Part shown: positions 48,650-59,627 of the stretch, piece by piece
Position numbering within the stretch: position 1 is the first letter of the stretch
Layout of the letters: every line of letters starts with the position of its first letter
Assembly (NCBI GenBank): GCA_040285825.1
Contig: JAUPSS010000004.1
Location: 620,001-684,000, forward strand
Reading direction: 5' to 3'
Source: Eukaryota sp. TZLM1-RC
Taxonomy: Eukaryota > Protista > Metamonada: BaSk clade
DNA length: 64,000 nucleotides
The notes under the pieces: model-generated
Database searches by the model: none
The model's input: the letters and a program-made list of their open reading frames with translations, nothing else
Told to the model about the DNA's origin: nothing
Made by a program: the position numbers and the translations under genes

Positions 48650-50066
48650 CGTATTTATTGAATTTGCACGCTTAATTAAATTAACTCATAACTAATGGGA
48701 CGACTATCATTGAACCAAAATTTCCTCTACAAAATCTTGATATGCTTGCTGTCTAGCTTAAGCTTCTCTAATTCGATTGAAAAACCGCGGTAATCTATTA
48801 ATAATGGCAAATTGAATCCGTGAACGCCATAAAAAAATATCAAATCTTTTCATTGTTTTTTCTTGCACCATTTTTTGGAAGTCATCCAAAAAAGTTTCTG
48901 CTCCAACTGATAATCTTCCATTTATCGAAAATGGGAAAGCAATAAAAACCAGCTGTGTATTTCTATCGACATTTGCCTCTTCAATATCTTATATATTTTT
49001 TCTATGTTTCTCTTTTGCTTTAAAATACAGAGCAGTCACAGGATTAAGTTTTCTTCTGTGAATCAAAGTATCATTTGCGACATTACATGAGACAAAGTCA
49101 ACAATAGCTTCAGAATTATCAATCCAATCACAGTATACATCACCTCTATCAGAACCAAAATTATTCAGAGAAAGTGTTTCCTTCAGCAGGGGCTCTTTGA
49201 TACACGATATCCTTGCAGTTTGCGTCATATTGAAAATAGTGTCTCTAAAAGCATCATGTAATGAAGAACGATAAGTTATCAATTTAGAGCAATTCAGAGC
49301 ATGGCGCAAAGTGAGTTGAGGTGAATTCGAACAAATACAACTATTTACAAATATTTTAATACAAAATAATAATACAAATATTTTTTTCTTTTGATTATAA
49401 TTGGTTGATGTGTATCAAAGAGCCCCTGCTGAAAGAAACACTTTCTCTGAATAATTTTGGTTCTGATGATAGAGGTGATGTATACTGTGATTGGATTGAT
49501 AATTCTGAAGCTATTGTTGACTTTGTCTCATGTAATGTTGCAAACGATACTTTGGTTCACAGAAGAAAACTTAATCCTGTGGCTGCTCTGGATTTTAAAG
49601 CAAAAGAAAAACATAGAAAATATGATAAAGAAATTGAATATGCAAATATCGATAGAAATACACAGCTGGTTTTTATTGCTTTTCCATTTTCGATAAATGG
49701 AAGATTATCTGTTGAAGCAGAAACTTTTTTGGATGACTTCCAAAAAATGGTGAAAGAAAAAACAATGAAAAGATTTGATATTTTTTTATGGCGTTCACGG
49801 ATTCAATTTGCCATTATTAATAGATTACCGCGGTTTTTCAATCGAATTAGAGAAGCTTTAGCTAGACAGCAAGCATATCAAGATTTTGTAGAGGAAATTT
49901 TGGTTCAATGATAGTCGTCCCATTAGTTATGATTTAATTTAATCAAGTGTGCAAATTCAATAAATTAATTTGATGGGGATGTTCAAATATAATCTCATTT
50001 TTGTTACAAATGCTTTATTAGGGGCACACAATCCAAATCTTCGTGGTACAATGGTTACAAAAAGTA
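48650..50066 (-). mobile_element. Older 5'-truncated family D element, interrupted by a younger copy
   Basis: The reverse complement matches 42417-43225; interrupted at 49411-49969. Confidence 0.85.
49411..49969 (+). mobile_element. Young 5'-truncated family D element nested in antisense orientation
   Basis: Near-identical to 42671-43229. TSD TTGATG at 49405-49410 and 49970-49975. Confidence 0.85.
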
Positions 50067-50081
50067 TATTATTAAAACATT

Positions 50082-51044
50082 CTACTCATCTAGCATTGAG
50101 CACGCTATACTAAACTCTTCTTGACTTTCTTGATATTTCTTCTCTTTAAAAGGAAAAGATTGGTCAAACTCATGAACTTCTTCCTCAGTTACATCTAATG
50201 CTTCAGAGAATGTTACATAACCAGAAATGTCACTCAAGGCTTCTTCATACAGTGGCAATACCAATAAACCTTTATAAAACTTACCATCCTCCAATGATAT
50301 GTTATACCTCTTTCCACCAAGAAAACCATATGGTTCATAATGGTAGGGATAGCCAAGAGTTGTGATAGCTCTATGCCCCATGTCCCTAGCTACCTTTATA
50401 GAGTGTGTAATAAGTTTTCTACCAAGACCTTTTCTATGAAGAGCAGGTGAAATAAACACTGGCCCAAAACTTATCGTTTCATGGAATGTATTATCCTTTG
50501 AAACTATCTTTGATTGGGTATAAAAGATGGCCCCTTCTACCTTACCCTCCACTTCAACGACAAAAGCAAGTTCTTTTATGAAATCTGGATGATTTCTCAT
50601 CTTGTGGACTATGCAATGTTCATTTGCTCCAGGAAAGTATAAATTCCAAAATGCTTCTCTGGCTACTTCTTCAACTCTTCTATAGTCTTGTTGATTTTCC
50701 AATCTGACAGTGACATCCAACTTATCAACTCTTTGACTCAGATCAACTGATGAAGCTGATTCCATTACCAAGCCGATACGTTCATTGTATTTGGTGGTGC
50801 AAAGAGAGCGCTTGATGTGATGAGAGTTCAGTGCAAAAGAACGAACAATCTCTTGCTCAAGAAGGGTAGAAGAGCGCATGTTGAGAGAGGAAAACAACTT
50901 GACAACAGCGGGTTTTCCGTCATATACACACCTATGAATGGTATAATTACCTCCCTCAGCAAATGGTTCTTTCTTTATACTGAGTTGATTTGAAGGGACG
51001 AATCGTTGGTGGAGTTCAGTGTCAAGATTTTGGTGTGAAAACAT
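50082..51044 (-). CDS. Chimeric gene: protein kinase N-lobe fused to a complete bacterial-type GNAT N-acetyltransferase
   Basis: Residues 1-95: PFAEGGNYTIHRCVYDGKPAVVK..QEI..IGLVME. Residues about 110-320: VRLE..DYRRVEEVAREAFWNLYFPGANEH..HPDFIKELAF..FGPVFISPALHRKGLGRKLI..GYPYHYEPYGF. Confidence 0.8.
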   Translation of the reverse strand: MFSHQNLDTELHQRFVPSNQLSIKKEPFAEGGNYTIHRCVYDGKPAVVKLFSSLNMRSSTLLEQEIVRSFALNSHHIKRSLCTTKYNERIGLVMESASSVDLSQRVDKLDVTVRLENQQDYRRVEEVAREAFWNLYFPGANEHCIVHKMRNHPDFIKELAFVVEVEGKVEGAIFYTQSKIVSKDNTFHETISFGPVFISPALHRKGLGRKLITHSIKVARDMGHRAITTLGYPYHYEPYGFLGGKRYNISLEDGKFYKGLLVLPLYEEALSDISGYVTFSEALDVTEEEVHEFDQSFPFKEKKYQESQEEFSIACSMLDE

Positions 51045-51094
51045 CTGATGGGAAGATGCTTTTGCATTTAAATTGTTTTTTTAATAAAGAATGC

Positions 51095-51520
51095 AACTTT
51101 CAGCTGCCTTTCTGTCAGACATCCAGAACTGCACTAGTTTAATTTCTCAGCAACCAAGGCCTTTTGGTCTTCACTTAACAAATGAATTTAGGAAACAAAA
51201 CAAGCGTTTGAGATTGGGACTGTATCCAAGTGGACTTTTGGATTATTATGCTTGTATTTGCAACGAGAAACCGTCTAACAATTTCCGTCATATTGCGATT
51301 TGTAAGAAGTTTCTTCAATATCGGTCAGTTCTTCATAATACCATTCGTGATGTGATCTTCGAAATGTTTAATTGTTTCCGTTTTTATTGCAAAGTAGAAC
51401 CATTGACGTTGTTGAAGCATTAATTATTTGTTTGATTCTCGTCGTGGTGATTTAATTGCTCCTGTTGTGGATTCCACTCCAGTTGTTCTTGATTTTACTA
51501 CTGTTGATCCCTTTGTTTTA
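51095..51520 (+). mobile_element. Internal fragment of a family B non-LTR element
   Basis: Matches the reverse complement of 33750-34165. Confidence 0.75.
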
Positions 51521-51639
51521 AAGCTGTATGTATTAAAGCAGAACAAATTCGAATAAAAGAGGTTTAGTCGTTATAGTTTCGTGACCTATAAGATTTAAAG
51601 AAAATCATGGGAAGCGAGTGTTTGTAAGTAACAAAATTG

Positions 51640-52269
51640 TAGGACTGTCCAGGTTCAGTTCAGTTCAGGTTCAGAGAATGATAGTTTCAGGTTCTGAACT
51701 AGTTTGAACTGGTTCTGAACCAGTTCATCCAATGTCTCAGATTGTTTTTCTACTACTGTTTATAACTTGTATTCAGTTATTGCAATGACATAAATTAAAT
51801 GAATACAACCAGTAATTAATAAATATATGTATAAATATATTTTTGTTCAATTTGGTTTTGCAAACTGTCAAATCAAAGTTTATATTTTGCATTTGACTTC
51901 ATTCGTTTCATTTCTATGGCCGAACACACAAAATCTTCTCCTTTCACTTCACCCAACAGGTCCTGGGTTCTGGAATATATGACCCGTCTCCCAAATGGTC
52001 TTGTCCTTTGTGACGTTACTACCTGTGAACGAAATGCCGACCCCTATGGTAAGAACACCGGAAATGAAACCTTAATACTTTTTTGTCTGTAGAAATCATA
52101 ACTCTCTTTGTATTGTTTTCGAAATAAACAATTGTTTTTAAAAATAGACTATTGTTTCATTATACAGGATCGAAACTGGTTCAGTTCAGGTTCAGTCTTA
52201 TCAGGTTCAGTTCAGTTCAGTTCAGGTTCGAAAATTATTTCTGAACTGAACTGAACTGGGACAGCCCCA
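51640..52269 (+). mobile_element. Non-autonomous hAT DNA transposon (630 bp, internal deletion derivative)
   Basis: 8-bp TSD CAAAATTG (51632-51639 and 52270-52277). Imperfect TIR TAGGACTGTCC / GGACAGCCCCA. Subterminal GTTCA arrays. Residual BED-finger-like start MAEHTK..RSWVLEYM..CDVTTC at about 51916-52075. Confidence 0.85.
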
Positions 52270-52504
52270 CAAAATTGTCGTGTTGAGTTCTGTCAATTGA
52301 CCATTTCTCTTTTTAAAGTTGTTTGTCATCATCGGCAATTCTGCTTGATAACCGCTGTCACACAAGAAAACATTTATATATTTACATTGATTGACTGTAT
52401 GATGGAACATTGTTTCAAACTAATAATGTTACCAAATACAATCATTCTTGTCTGATCTTTGTGATTAAACATTTATGTACAGATTAACTTCAAAGGCTAT
52501 AGAG

Positions 52505-53734
52505 CTATCTCAACACTAACCACTCTACATCTTCACCAATTTCTTCCAAGTCAGCCTTAAAGGGTTTCAACAAATCCTCTCTTGTAAATTCATCCTTAAT
52601 CTTGCTGAAAGCATCAACAACATTGGAATGATTAATGTACCCCTTCCTCAACCAAAAAATCACAAATTTAGCAATTACTGCTGTACAAAGTGGGAAATCT
52701 TCCATTAATTCTTCAATTTTGGTTTCCATAAACTTATTAAATCCAACCGCAATGATGCTCTTCGTGATAAGATTTCTCTCAACAAGCCCCTTAATGATTG
52801 ATAAAAAGTGATTAATCATCACAACTGGAGGATTTTTGTTGATAAACGTGTAAAGCACCAAGGCCAAAAGTTCTGCCTTATGTTGATCTGATCCAACTCC
52901 AAATTGAGCATAGTCAGAGATTGCATCTTCAATGCCCATTCGATCAAGTTTTTTAATAAAACCTTTAACTTTATCCACAATAATCTCTGGTGCTAGTTGA
53001 GGTTGGCGAGGATTTCGAATATCTTGTCTCCTTCCTTTACGTCCGTTGGCCATCGACAAACTATCATTGCCTGAACGTCTTGATTCTTCCCCCCGAGTTT
53101 TTTGTTCGGCTAACGGGCGATATTGATTTTCCTGTCGTTCTTTCTTATGAAGATGGCAATTGCCTCTTGATTGACCGCGTTTGGCACCTCCTCGGTGATT
53201 GCCAAATCTGTTACTTCTGTTGGAGTTCAGGCTCAGGTTATTGTGAAGAAAAATACATTCCAGAATCCTCTTCGTTAGTTGATTATCTGCTGGACAATGG
53301 TCTTTCATTTGCAATAATGTGTCCTTTGAATACTGAATCATTCCGGGTCTTGACGATGGGGTGGAAGGAGCTGGGTAACAATCATCGTCATCGTCACTGA
53401 TATCTGTCTGATCACTTTCTAAACCATCAGAATGGCTAGCATGGGGCTCTGATGTTATGTTGCTGGTGACAGGGAGAATACCTTGAGATCTCTGATGATT
53501 TAAAAGTTTGATGATATTTGGTGGTACAACTGGTCCATGAGGAAGTGATGAAGGTGCATCAATTGAAGAATCAGAAACAGTAGGTCTTTGCAGAGTAGCC
53601 AGAGTAGCAGAAGCTGTGACAACCTTTGGTGGAAACTCTGGAAATCCTAACTTCGTAACAGTGGCAAACCTGTCTCTAGGCATTGGTCTAAAATCAGGTA
53701 TATCCTCCCAATTCAATCGATCAAACCTGCCCAT
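52505..53734 (-). CDS. Translation-regulator-like protein: eIF4E-binding motif plus MA3(MI)-like domain
   Basis: YSKDTLLQM fits YxxxxL-phi; R/G-rich linker; C-terminal helical region with GFNKFMETKIEELMEDFP..IAKFV typical of MA3. ATG at 53734. Confidence 0.6.
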   Translation of the reverse strand: MGRFDRLNWEDIPDFRPMPRDRFATVTKLGFPEFPPKVVTASATLATLQRPTVSDSSIDAPSSLPHGPVVPPNIIKLLNHQRSQGILPVTSNITSEPHASHSDGLESDQTDISDDDDDCYPAPSTPSSRPGMIQYSKDTLLQMKDHCPADNQLTKRILECIFLHNNLSLNSNRSNRFGNHRGGAKRGQSRGNCHLHKKERQENQYRPLAEQKTRGEESRRSGNDSLSMANGRKGRRQDIRNPRQPQLAPEIIVDKVKGFIKKLDRMGIEDAISDYAQFGVGSDQHKAELLALVLYTFINKNPPVVMINHFLSIIKGLVERNLITKSIIAVGFNKFMETKIEELMEDFPLCTAVIAKFVIFWLRKGYINHSNVVDAFSKIKDEFTREDLLKPFKADLEEIGEDVEWLVLR

Positions 53735-55439
53735 AACGTTTTTGATGAGAGGAAAATTCTGTAAAAATAAAAAAAATTTGTGTATCATTGCACAAAACAA
53801 GCAAACCCTTAATAAGCAGCGCAGAAGCCGATATCATTTACTCTTTCCAATTCAGTTTTCAAGTCTTCAACATTCTTGTTTATTCCGAAACAATAGAGAT
53901 TTGTTCAGTTATGTTGTTGTTGATAAAAAAGGTTGATAGATACCTCAGATTTTCACGTCATAACTTGCACTTCATTAATAAAGTCTTTGTGTCGATAAAG
54001 TTTGAATTCTTCTGAAAAAAGAACATGAAACCATGAAATACATAACTATGACTCTACATCCTCAAAATACACCTCTCCTACATCAAAACAAATAAGTGAA
54101 TGGTTGAAACTGGAGAAAATTTTTAAATGAAGAGACAGTCAATTTCAATCAAAATGCATACTATAAAAATCACTTTTTACTCACCCATCTTCCTCACAAT
54201 CTCACAATAGAATGTGATCTGATCACAAAACCCCTGATTCATTTGTACGTCGACTACTTGACAACTCGAGAGATGGGAGTCGTTGTTGAAGAAGTAGGCC
54301 GTCGTTTAGGTGATATTGAGCCACAAGTGCGCAGAGAAATTGATGATTTGATGGAGGATCTCCCCGATCTTTTCCGATATGCAAGCAAACGCTCCATTAA
54401 AATAGCTTCCGTGACTGTTGAACTTTTTAAACAGTTCGAAGGAGCAGTTAATACACCCAACTCTCACTCAGAGGAGCAATTCCCAGTATAATTATGGATT
54501 TCATCAAGGTTCAGAATAGTTCATGATACTTTATTGATCAATACTACTCAAAAGCTGTTGGGTATGTAGATATGGAGAACAATAGTTTGTTCCCTCGATC
54601 CTACCGCTAGGTCTAAAAACATTGCTATAGTTGAATCTCATCAAGTTTTCGAGAACAAAATACAGGAACTATATACTGTTGGGAAGTGGAACAAAATCTC
54701 TTTGAGCTCTCACCATCTTGCGGTACTTTGCAAAGAAAATTTCTATTGGGTTGGAATCTGGACAGTAAGGAGGAAATATATGATAAGTTACACTACTTTT
54801 CGCATTTCATGAATGATGTTTTCGTGATCATTCATTTCGTATGTTACATCCATCCAATTTTACACAACTCCGGCGGCCACCAGTAGGTTAAAGGTTGAGG
54901 GCATACGGAATAAACAGACTGTGGGGAAATTTGTTGAGTGGGGAAAAGGAACAAATTTTCACATACTCTACTATGCATACTATAACAGCCTCAGCTAGAT
55001 CTTCAAGCAAAGATAAAAACAAAGGAACAGAAATTATGCTGGTTACCTCATGTTTGATTTGCTGAGGAAATGGGTTTCGAATATTTGGCAATTTTGTGTT
55101 CTTCATTATCAGGATGAAGATTATTGATAATCTGAGTTAATGGAATGTTCGTTAGCACAATTACCGATCTGGCCTCCACAATTGTAAAACTACCATGGAA
55201 GCCAGAGTTAATTGACTAAACATTACTCAAAACTCGATGGTTACTGTGATCTGGATGGGTCTCCAACTTGTAGAAGTGCTACATTGCTGAATTGGGTTAT
55301 GTACCCCTGATGATTCATACACAAGGAATGAAGCAATAATTTTTTCTTGTGTGATGCTGTTTGTGCCATGTGCAACATTAAAGCAGGATAAAGAATATTT
55401 ATTAAAATTCACTAGCTCTTATCAAGGCCATCACTAGTG

Positions 55440-56700
55440 AAGTCTATACTAGACTAATTGTCCACAATAAAACAACGCTATGCCTCTCTTGGATCTCGTA
55501 GGAGAGCATAAGAATTAACTGCATGGGAATTAGTCTTAGATTTAGAATTGGAATTAACTTTTCGTCTCCTGGTGGTGCGAGGACCAAGGGTACACAAATA
55601 TGATTGGAATGCTTCAGTGCTTTTGACGTCAGCAACTGGGACAGACGATGTCTCGCCACCATACCAATCTGCGGTGCAATAAGGAATATTATTATCATTC
55701 GAATCTATAAAATCGAAGTGATCTATAAATTCAATAATTACAGATTTTTCCGTATCACTGGCAGCAATGTTCTTTTGACAATCTATATCTTCCTTAGGGA
55801 AAACAGAGAGATATAGTTTACAATGATTAATACTTGTCGTAGACATCGAACCAGTGACAAGATTCTTGAGTAATAAATCCGTATTGGATTTAACTTCTTC
55901 AACGAGAAAAGGGCCAGCGAAGCAACCATGGAGTTTATCCTTAGACTTTTATCGCAAAACTAAGTCACCTTTATTAAAAGGGTTCCTGTGTTTGTTAACT
56001 TCAGGCAGTTGATGAGCTTGCGTGACCTCTGCCTCCTCTCTTTTATTTGAAATCCTTTCAAGTTAACACTATTCTTTCTTCTTGTCGAGCGTCGAGGCCT
56101 GACAGGAGAAGGATTAACATTATTATCAATATTATTAGAACGACGTTTACGGCAAGAAGGACAAGAGCGAGTATTAGATACAGACTCTGGGAATTCTTTA
56201 TAAGCAGAGGTGTAATGAACGGTCGACACCAGCTCAGTAGTAATATGATTGCCAGGTCATTGGACTTGGCAGTGATCACCATCCTCACTGAGGACCTTCT
56301 GAATCACCTGCTCTTCTGCATCACCTGCAACTACCCAGGAGTCAAATTCATCATCGGCTGATAAACTGGAATGTCAAGGTTGGAGGTGCTTAACACTGGC
56401 GTTAACTATCAGTCCAGTAAACAGGTTCTTTATATCAGTTGTGGAGATAGAAGGTGTTTCAACTACTAAGGATGGTCCTTTAAAGTTACCATGTAGTTCA
56501 GCAGTGATAGACCAAGCTTTTTGACCAATTGGCTAGGATAGAAAAGGTTGGCTTCGATTTGAGGGTCACGAAGAGCACTTGGAAGCTTGACGGAGCTCTG
56601 CTTCCTTCTGTTTCTATAGTTTGTAGTTAAAAATATGAGTTGAGTAACATTCGTCGTTTGTTGACACTACTGCCTCAGCTTCTTCAGGGAGCAGCTTGAT
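55440..56700 (-). mobile_element. Two consecutive degenerate gypsy integrase C-termini (GPY/F plus chromo-like), related to the element at 8214-22864
   Basis: ELHGNFKGPSLV..IKNLFTGLIVNASVKHL..STVHYTSAYKEF (about 56600-56150) and HGCFAGPFLV..KNLVTG..ADVKSTEAFQSY (about 55940-55480), compared with KLHGDYLGPFLI..IKNLCTGTIVQASVKHL..STVQNTAAYKDF. Confidence 0.75.
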
Positions 56701-57295
56701 TCACATGAGATTAACAGAAAATTTTGCATAATTTCAAACTCAAAATTGATTGTATTCTAGCAATATTTAATGTGACATGGCAAGCGTTGGTCAGCCAACG
56801 TGTATCTGAGAAGAGCGTTTCTGTAGCATCGGAAAAAAGGAATACATTGAAATGATCTTGAGATGTCCATACCAATTTTAGGAAATTACCCTAATTGACT
56901 TTGCAGAAATTTAAGTGACTCTGTAAGTTAAATGTCATAAATAGGATGAAATCTATAAACTTGTATAAGCTTTTTTTACGCTAATATATTGTTTTTTTTG
57001 TGTTTTTCTGTTTGATAATTAATTTGTGCCTTTTGGGCAAAAATATAAAATTAGTTTTATTATATCAATAGTGTATCTGTGTGTGCAAGACTGAAGTATA
57101 AAAATAGTAAAAAGAAGTTTATACTACTCAAACAACGTAATTTATGTTTCTATGTGTAGCAACTGTTGTTGAAATGTAACATGATATTTTTCGCCACTGT
57201 TGAATACACTTTGAGTAGTGCTGTCACTTAGCATGTACGAGCATTCCAAGACTGATCTTTGCAAACAGCTTATTGTCTTCAATTAAGATCAAACT

Positions 57296-57975
57296 ATGCA
57301 TGTGAATTTTGAATTAACTATATTTGACCTAAGTGCTTTTCATGGACTTTATTGTTTAACAGAACTGAGACTGATCTTTAGAGACTTCTTTTTCAACATC
57401 AGCATCATGTCCTATTGCCCTTTTGATCAATTTGAAATTAATTCAACATTTAAGAAAATGTCTTATGCAACATCTTATATACAACACAATTAAGAATTGT
57501 GTGTTCTTGTTTGTTATTTTCTTGATATAAAAAAGATCAGTAAATTAAGCAAAGTGTGATCAGATGTGATCAAAATGTGACTGTGATCAAGAAGTATGAT
57601 CTCAAGTATTCTAGTACCCTCTTTCGCGTTGAGGGTGGAAAGTGTTGAAGTTGAAATACAAGCCAGACCAACTTTATTTATGAATTTGTATTTATTTTTA
57701 AAATTGCAATCCAAAAGTCAATGATTTCACAATGAACTTCCACACCATCAATTCGTACAACAACAATATTTTCATATAGTGCACTGGTATACATCAAAGC
57801 TTTCGAAATCATTGTAGGAATTGATTTCAAAAAAGTAAAAACATTACGATTTAACGTCAAACGACGATCAAAACGCTGATTCATTCTTCTTTTCACCAGC
57901 TTTTCATAATAATCAATAAAATTCACGGCAATTTTTCCAACACGTCCAAACAACGATATAGCAAATGGGCAAATT
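57296..57975 (-). mobile_element. Family A non-LTR 3' end plus a duplicated downstream flank
   Basis: 57690-57975 matches 25035-25320. 57296-57670 matches 43265-43650. Confidence 0.75.
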
Positions 57976-57999
57976 AGATCAAATATTTTTTACCAAAAT

Positions 58000-58615
58000 T
58001 TTAATTTTATTAAAAACCTATAAATCAACATCTAAAAAATTCATCTCTCCCAGAACAAAAACACTAGATGCAACTCTCTCATAGTGAGATCCAAGAGAAA
58101 GCAAAGCATCAGAGACCATCTTCAACATCCCTTTAAAAATATAAAACACAATTCTACTTTGCCAAAACAATCTGTTGAAATTTCTACCAGTTCTTCTCTT
58201 TACAATCATTTCAAAATCATCCAAAAAACGTAAAGCAGTTGGTGCAAGTGAACCAAAAAGGGAAAATACAAATGGATACAAATTGTATTTTGCATGCTGT
58301 AGACTGTCCAATTTGGACAAAGGTTCATTGTATTTTTTGAATTTAAAATTTTCAGCATTTGAAAGGGGATTATGAATTTCAGAATTAACTAGCCTTTCAT
58401 TTGAGGCACAACAAGGATCAACAGACATTACATCCAATAAAATGAAACTTCCATCTTTAGATTTTTTAGATTCAAAACTTCCAGGTAATATAACATCACC
58501 TCTATTATTCTTACGAAAATCATCTTCAGCATCAAACAGATTTAACAACAGAAGTTCCAAGAAGGATTCAATTCTATGAGATTTACACATACAATATAGC
58601 TGGTCTCTTACAATA
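58000..58615 (-). mobile_element. 5'-truncated CRE-like RLE fragment, family C
   Basis: VRDQLYCMCKSH..RGDVIL..ILLDVMSVD..AENFKFKKY..PFVFSLFG. Homologous to 44170-44515. Confidence 0.8.
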
Positions 58616-59231
58616 AGATCAAATTTGACACAATGTTTTCTACATTTTGCATTCCAGTTAACCGTCCAAAGAAACGTCGGAAGCATTCCTAAACTGACAT
58701 CATTACAGCCCAGGGTGGTCCCATAGCTCGTACTCCCGGGGACTCACCACAGCTTTGCATTTACTCATCTTCTAATCATGCTTGTACAACCAATCTTTTT
58801 TCGTATGTACTTGCCAACAATGTTCCAATAGTTACTGAAGATTATTTCACTGATTGTGTCTGTTATTGTCGTCTTCTTTTCACTACGTCATACATTCTAG
58901 ACGGAACTTCACTACTCTCTCTATCTGTATCAACTTGCTCCCCAACTCCCTTTCCCACTCCAGAAGTTCCTTATCTTCTGTTCCTGATAACCCCTCTTAC
59001 CTAGAATTCATTGACATCCAAACAACTGGACTTTCTCAAAAAGGATGCGAAAATATCTCCTTGTCTTTCACAATCTACATTGCCACTGAGGAGAACGTTC
59101 ACAAGTTCTCACCTCAGGCCATAATATCCAATGCCATTAAAAAAATCCTTTTGATTTAAACAGAGTACGTCTCTAATTCACTCCATATCAGGAAATTGCT
59201 TGAGATTGACACTGATCATTTTATTTCTCCA

Positions 59232-59627
59232 TCAATCAACAGTTGTGAAGGACTGGTCCTTCAATCTCCCCTCTTGCACTGTGTCGGGTATCTTGATATG
59301 ATATTCGTCTTCCACAAAGAGAATGTATTCAAAATTTCCGTCAACACCACTATTCAAAACAGTGTCTTCAGCAATAACGACTTTAGCACCAGTGACGGGA
59401 TGACCATATACATCAAGAACAATTCCATGAAGCGTTTTCCATTCACGAAACTCTGCAACTTCGGCAGAGAGAGTTTCTTGAACTGTGGAAGTAGAACTGA
59501 TATCATGCAGCACAAATTGTGACTTGGTTACAGGTTTAGAATAATAAATCAACATGGAGCGGCTTGACTCAAATTCTACTGCTTCAATTATGCCGTCACT
59601 AATAAGTGTCGGGTATCTTGCCGTCAC
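59232..59627 (-). pseudogene. Fragment with a carboxypeptidase-regulatory-like beta-sandwich motif
   Basis: LHGIVLDVYGHPVTGAKVVI..SGVDGNFEY. No ATG start; downstream sequence has many stops. Confidence 0.4.

Noticed and set aside
51640-52269. GTTCA arrays as a satellite or telomeric repeat
   Set aside because: Explained as subterminal repeats of the hAT element bounded by TIRs and an 8-bp TSD.
54243-55420. Short ORFs of 60-82 aa
   Set aside because: Fragmentary, mostly non-ATG starts, no recognisable motif.
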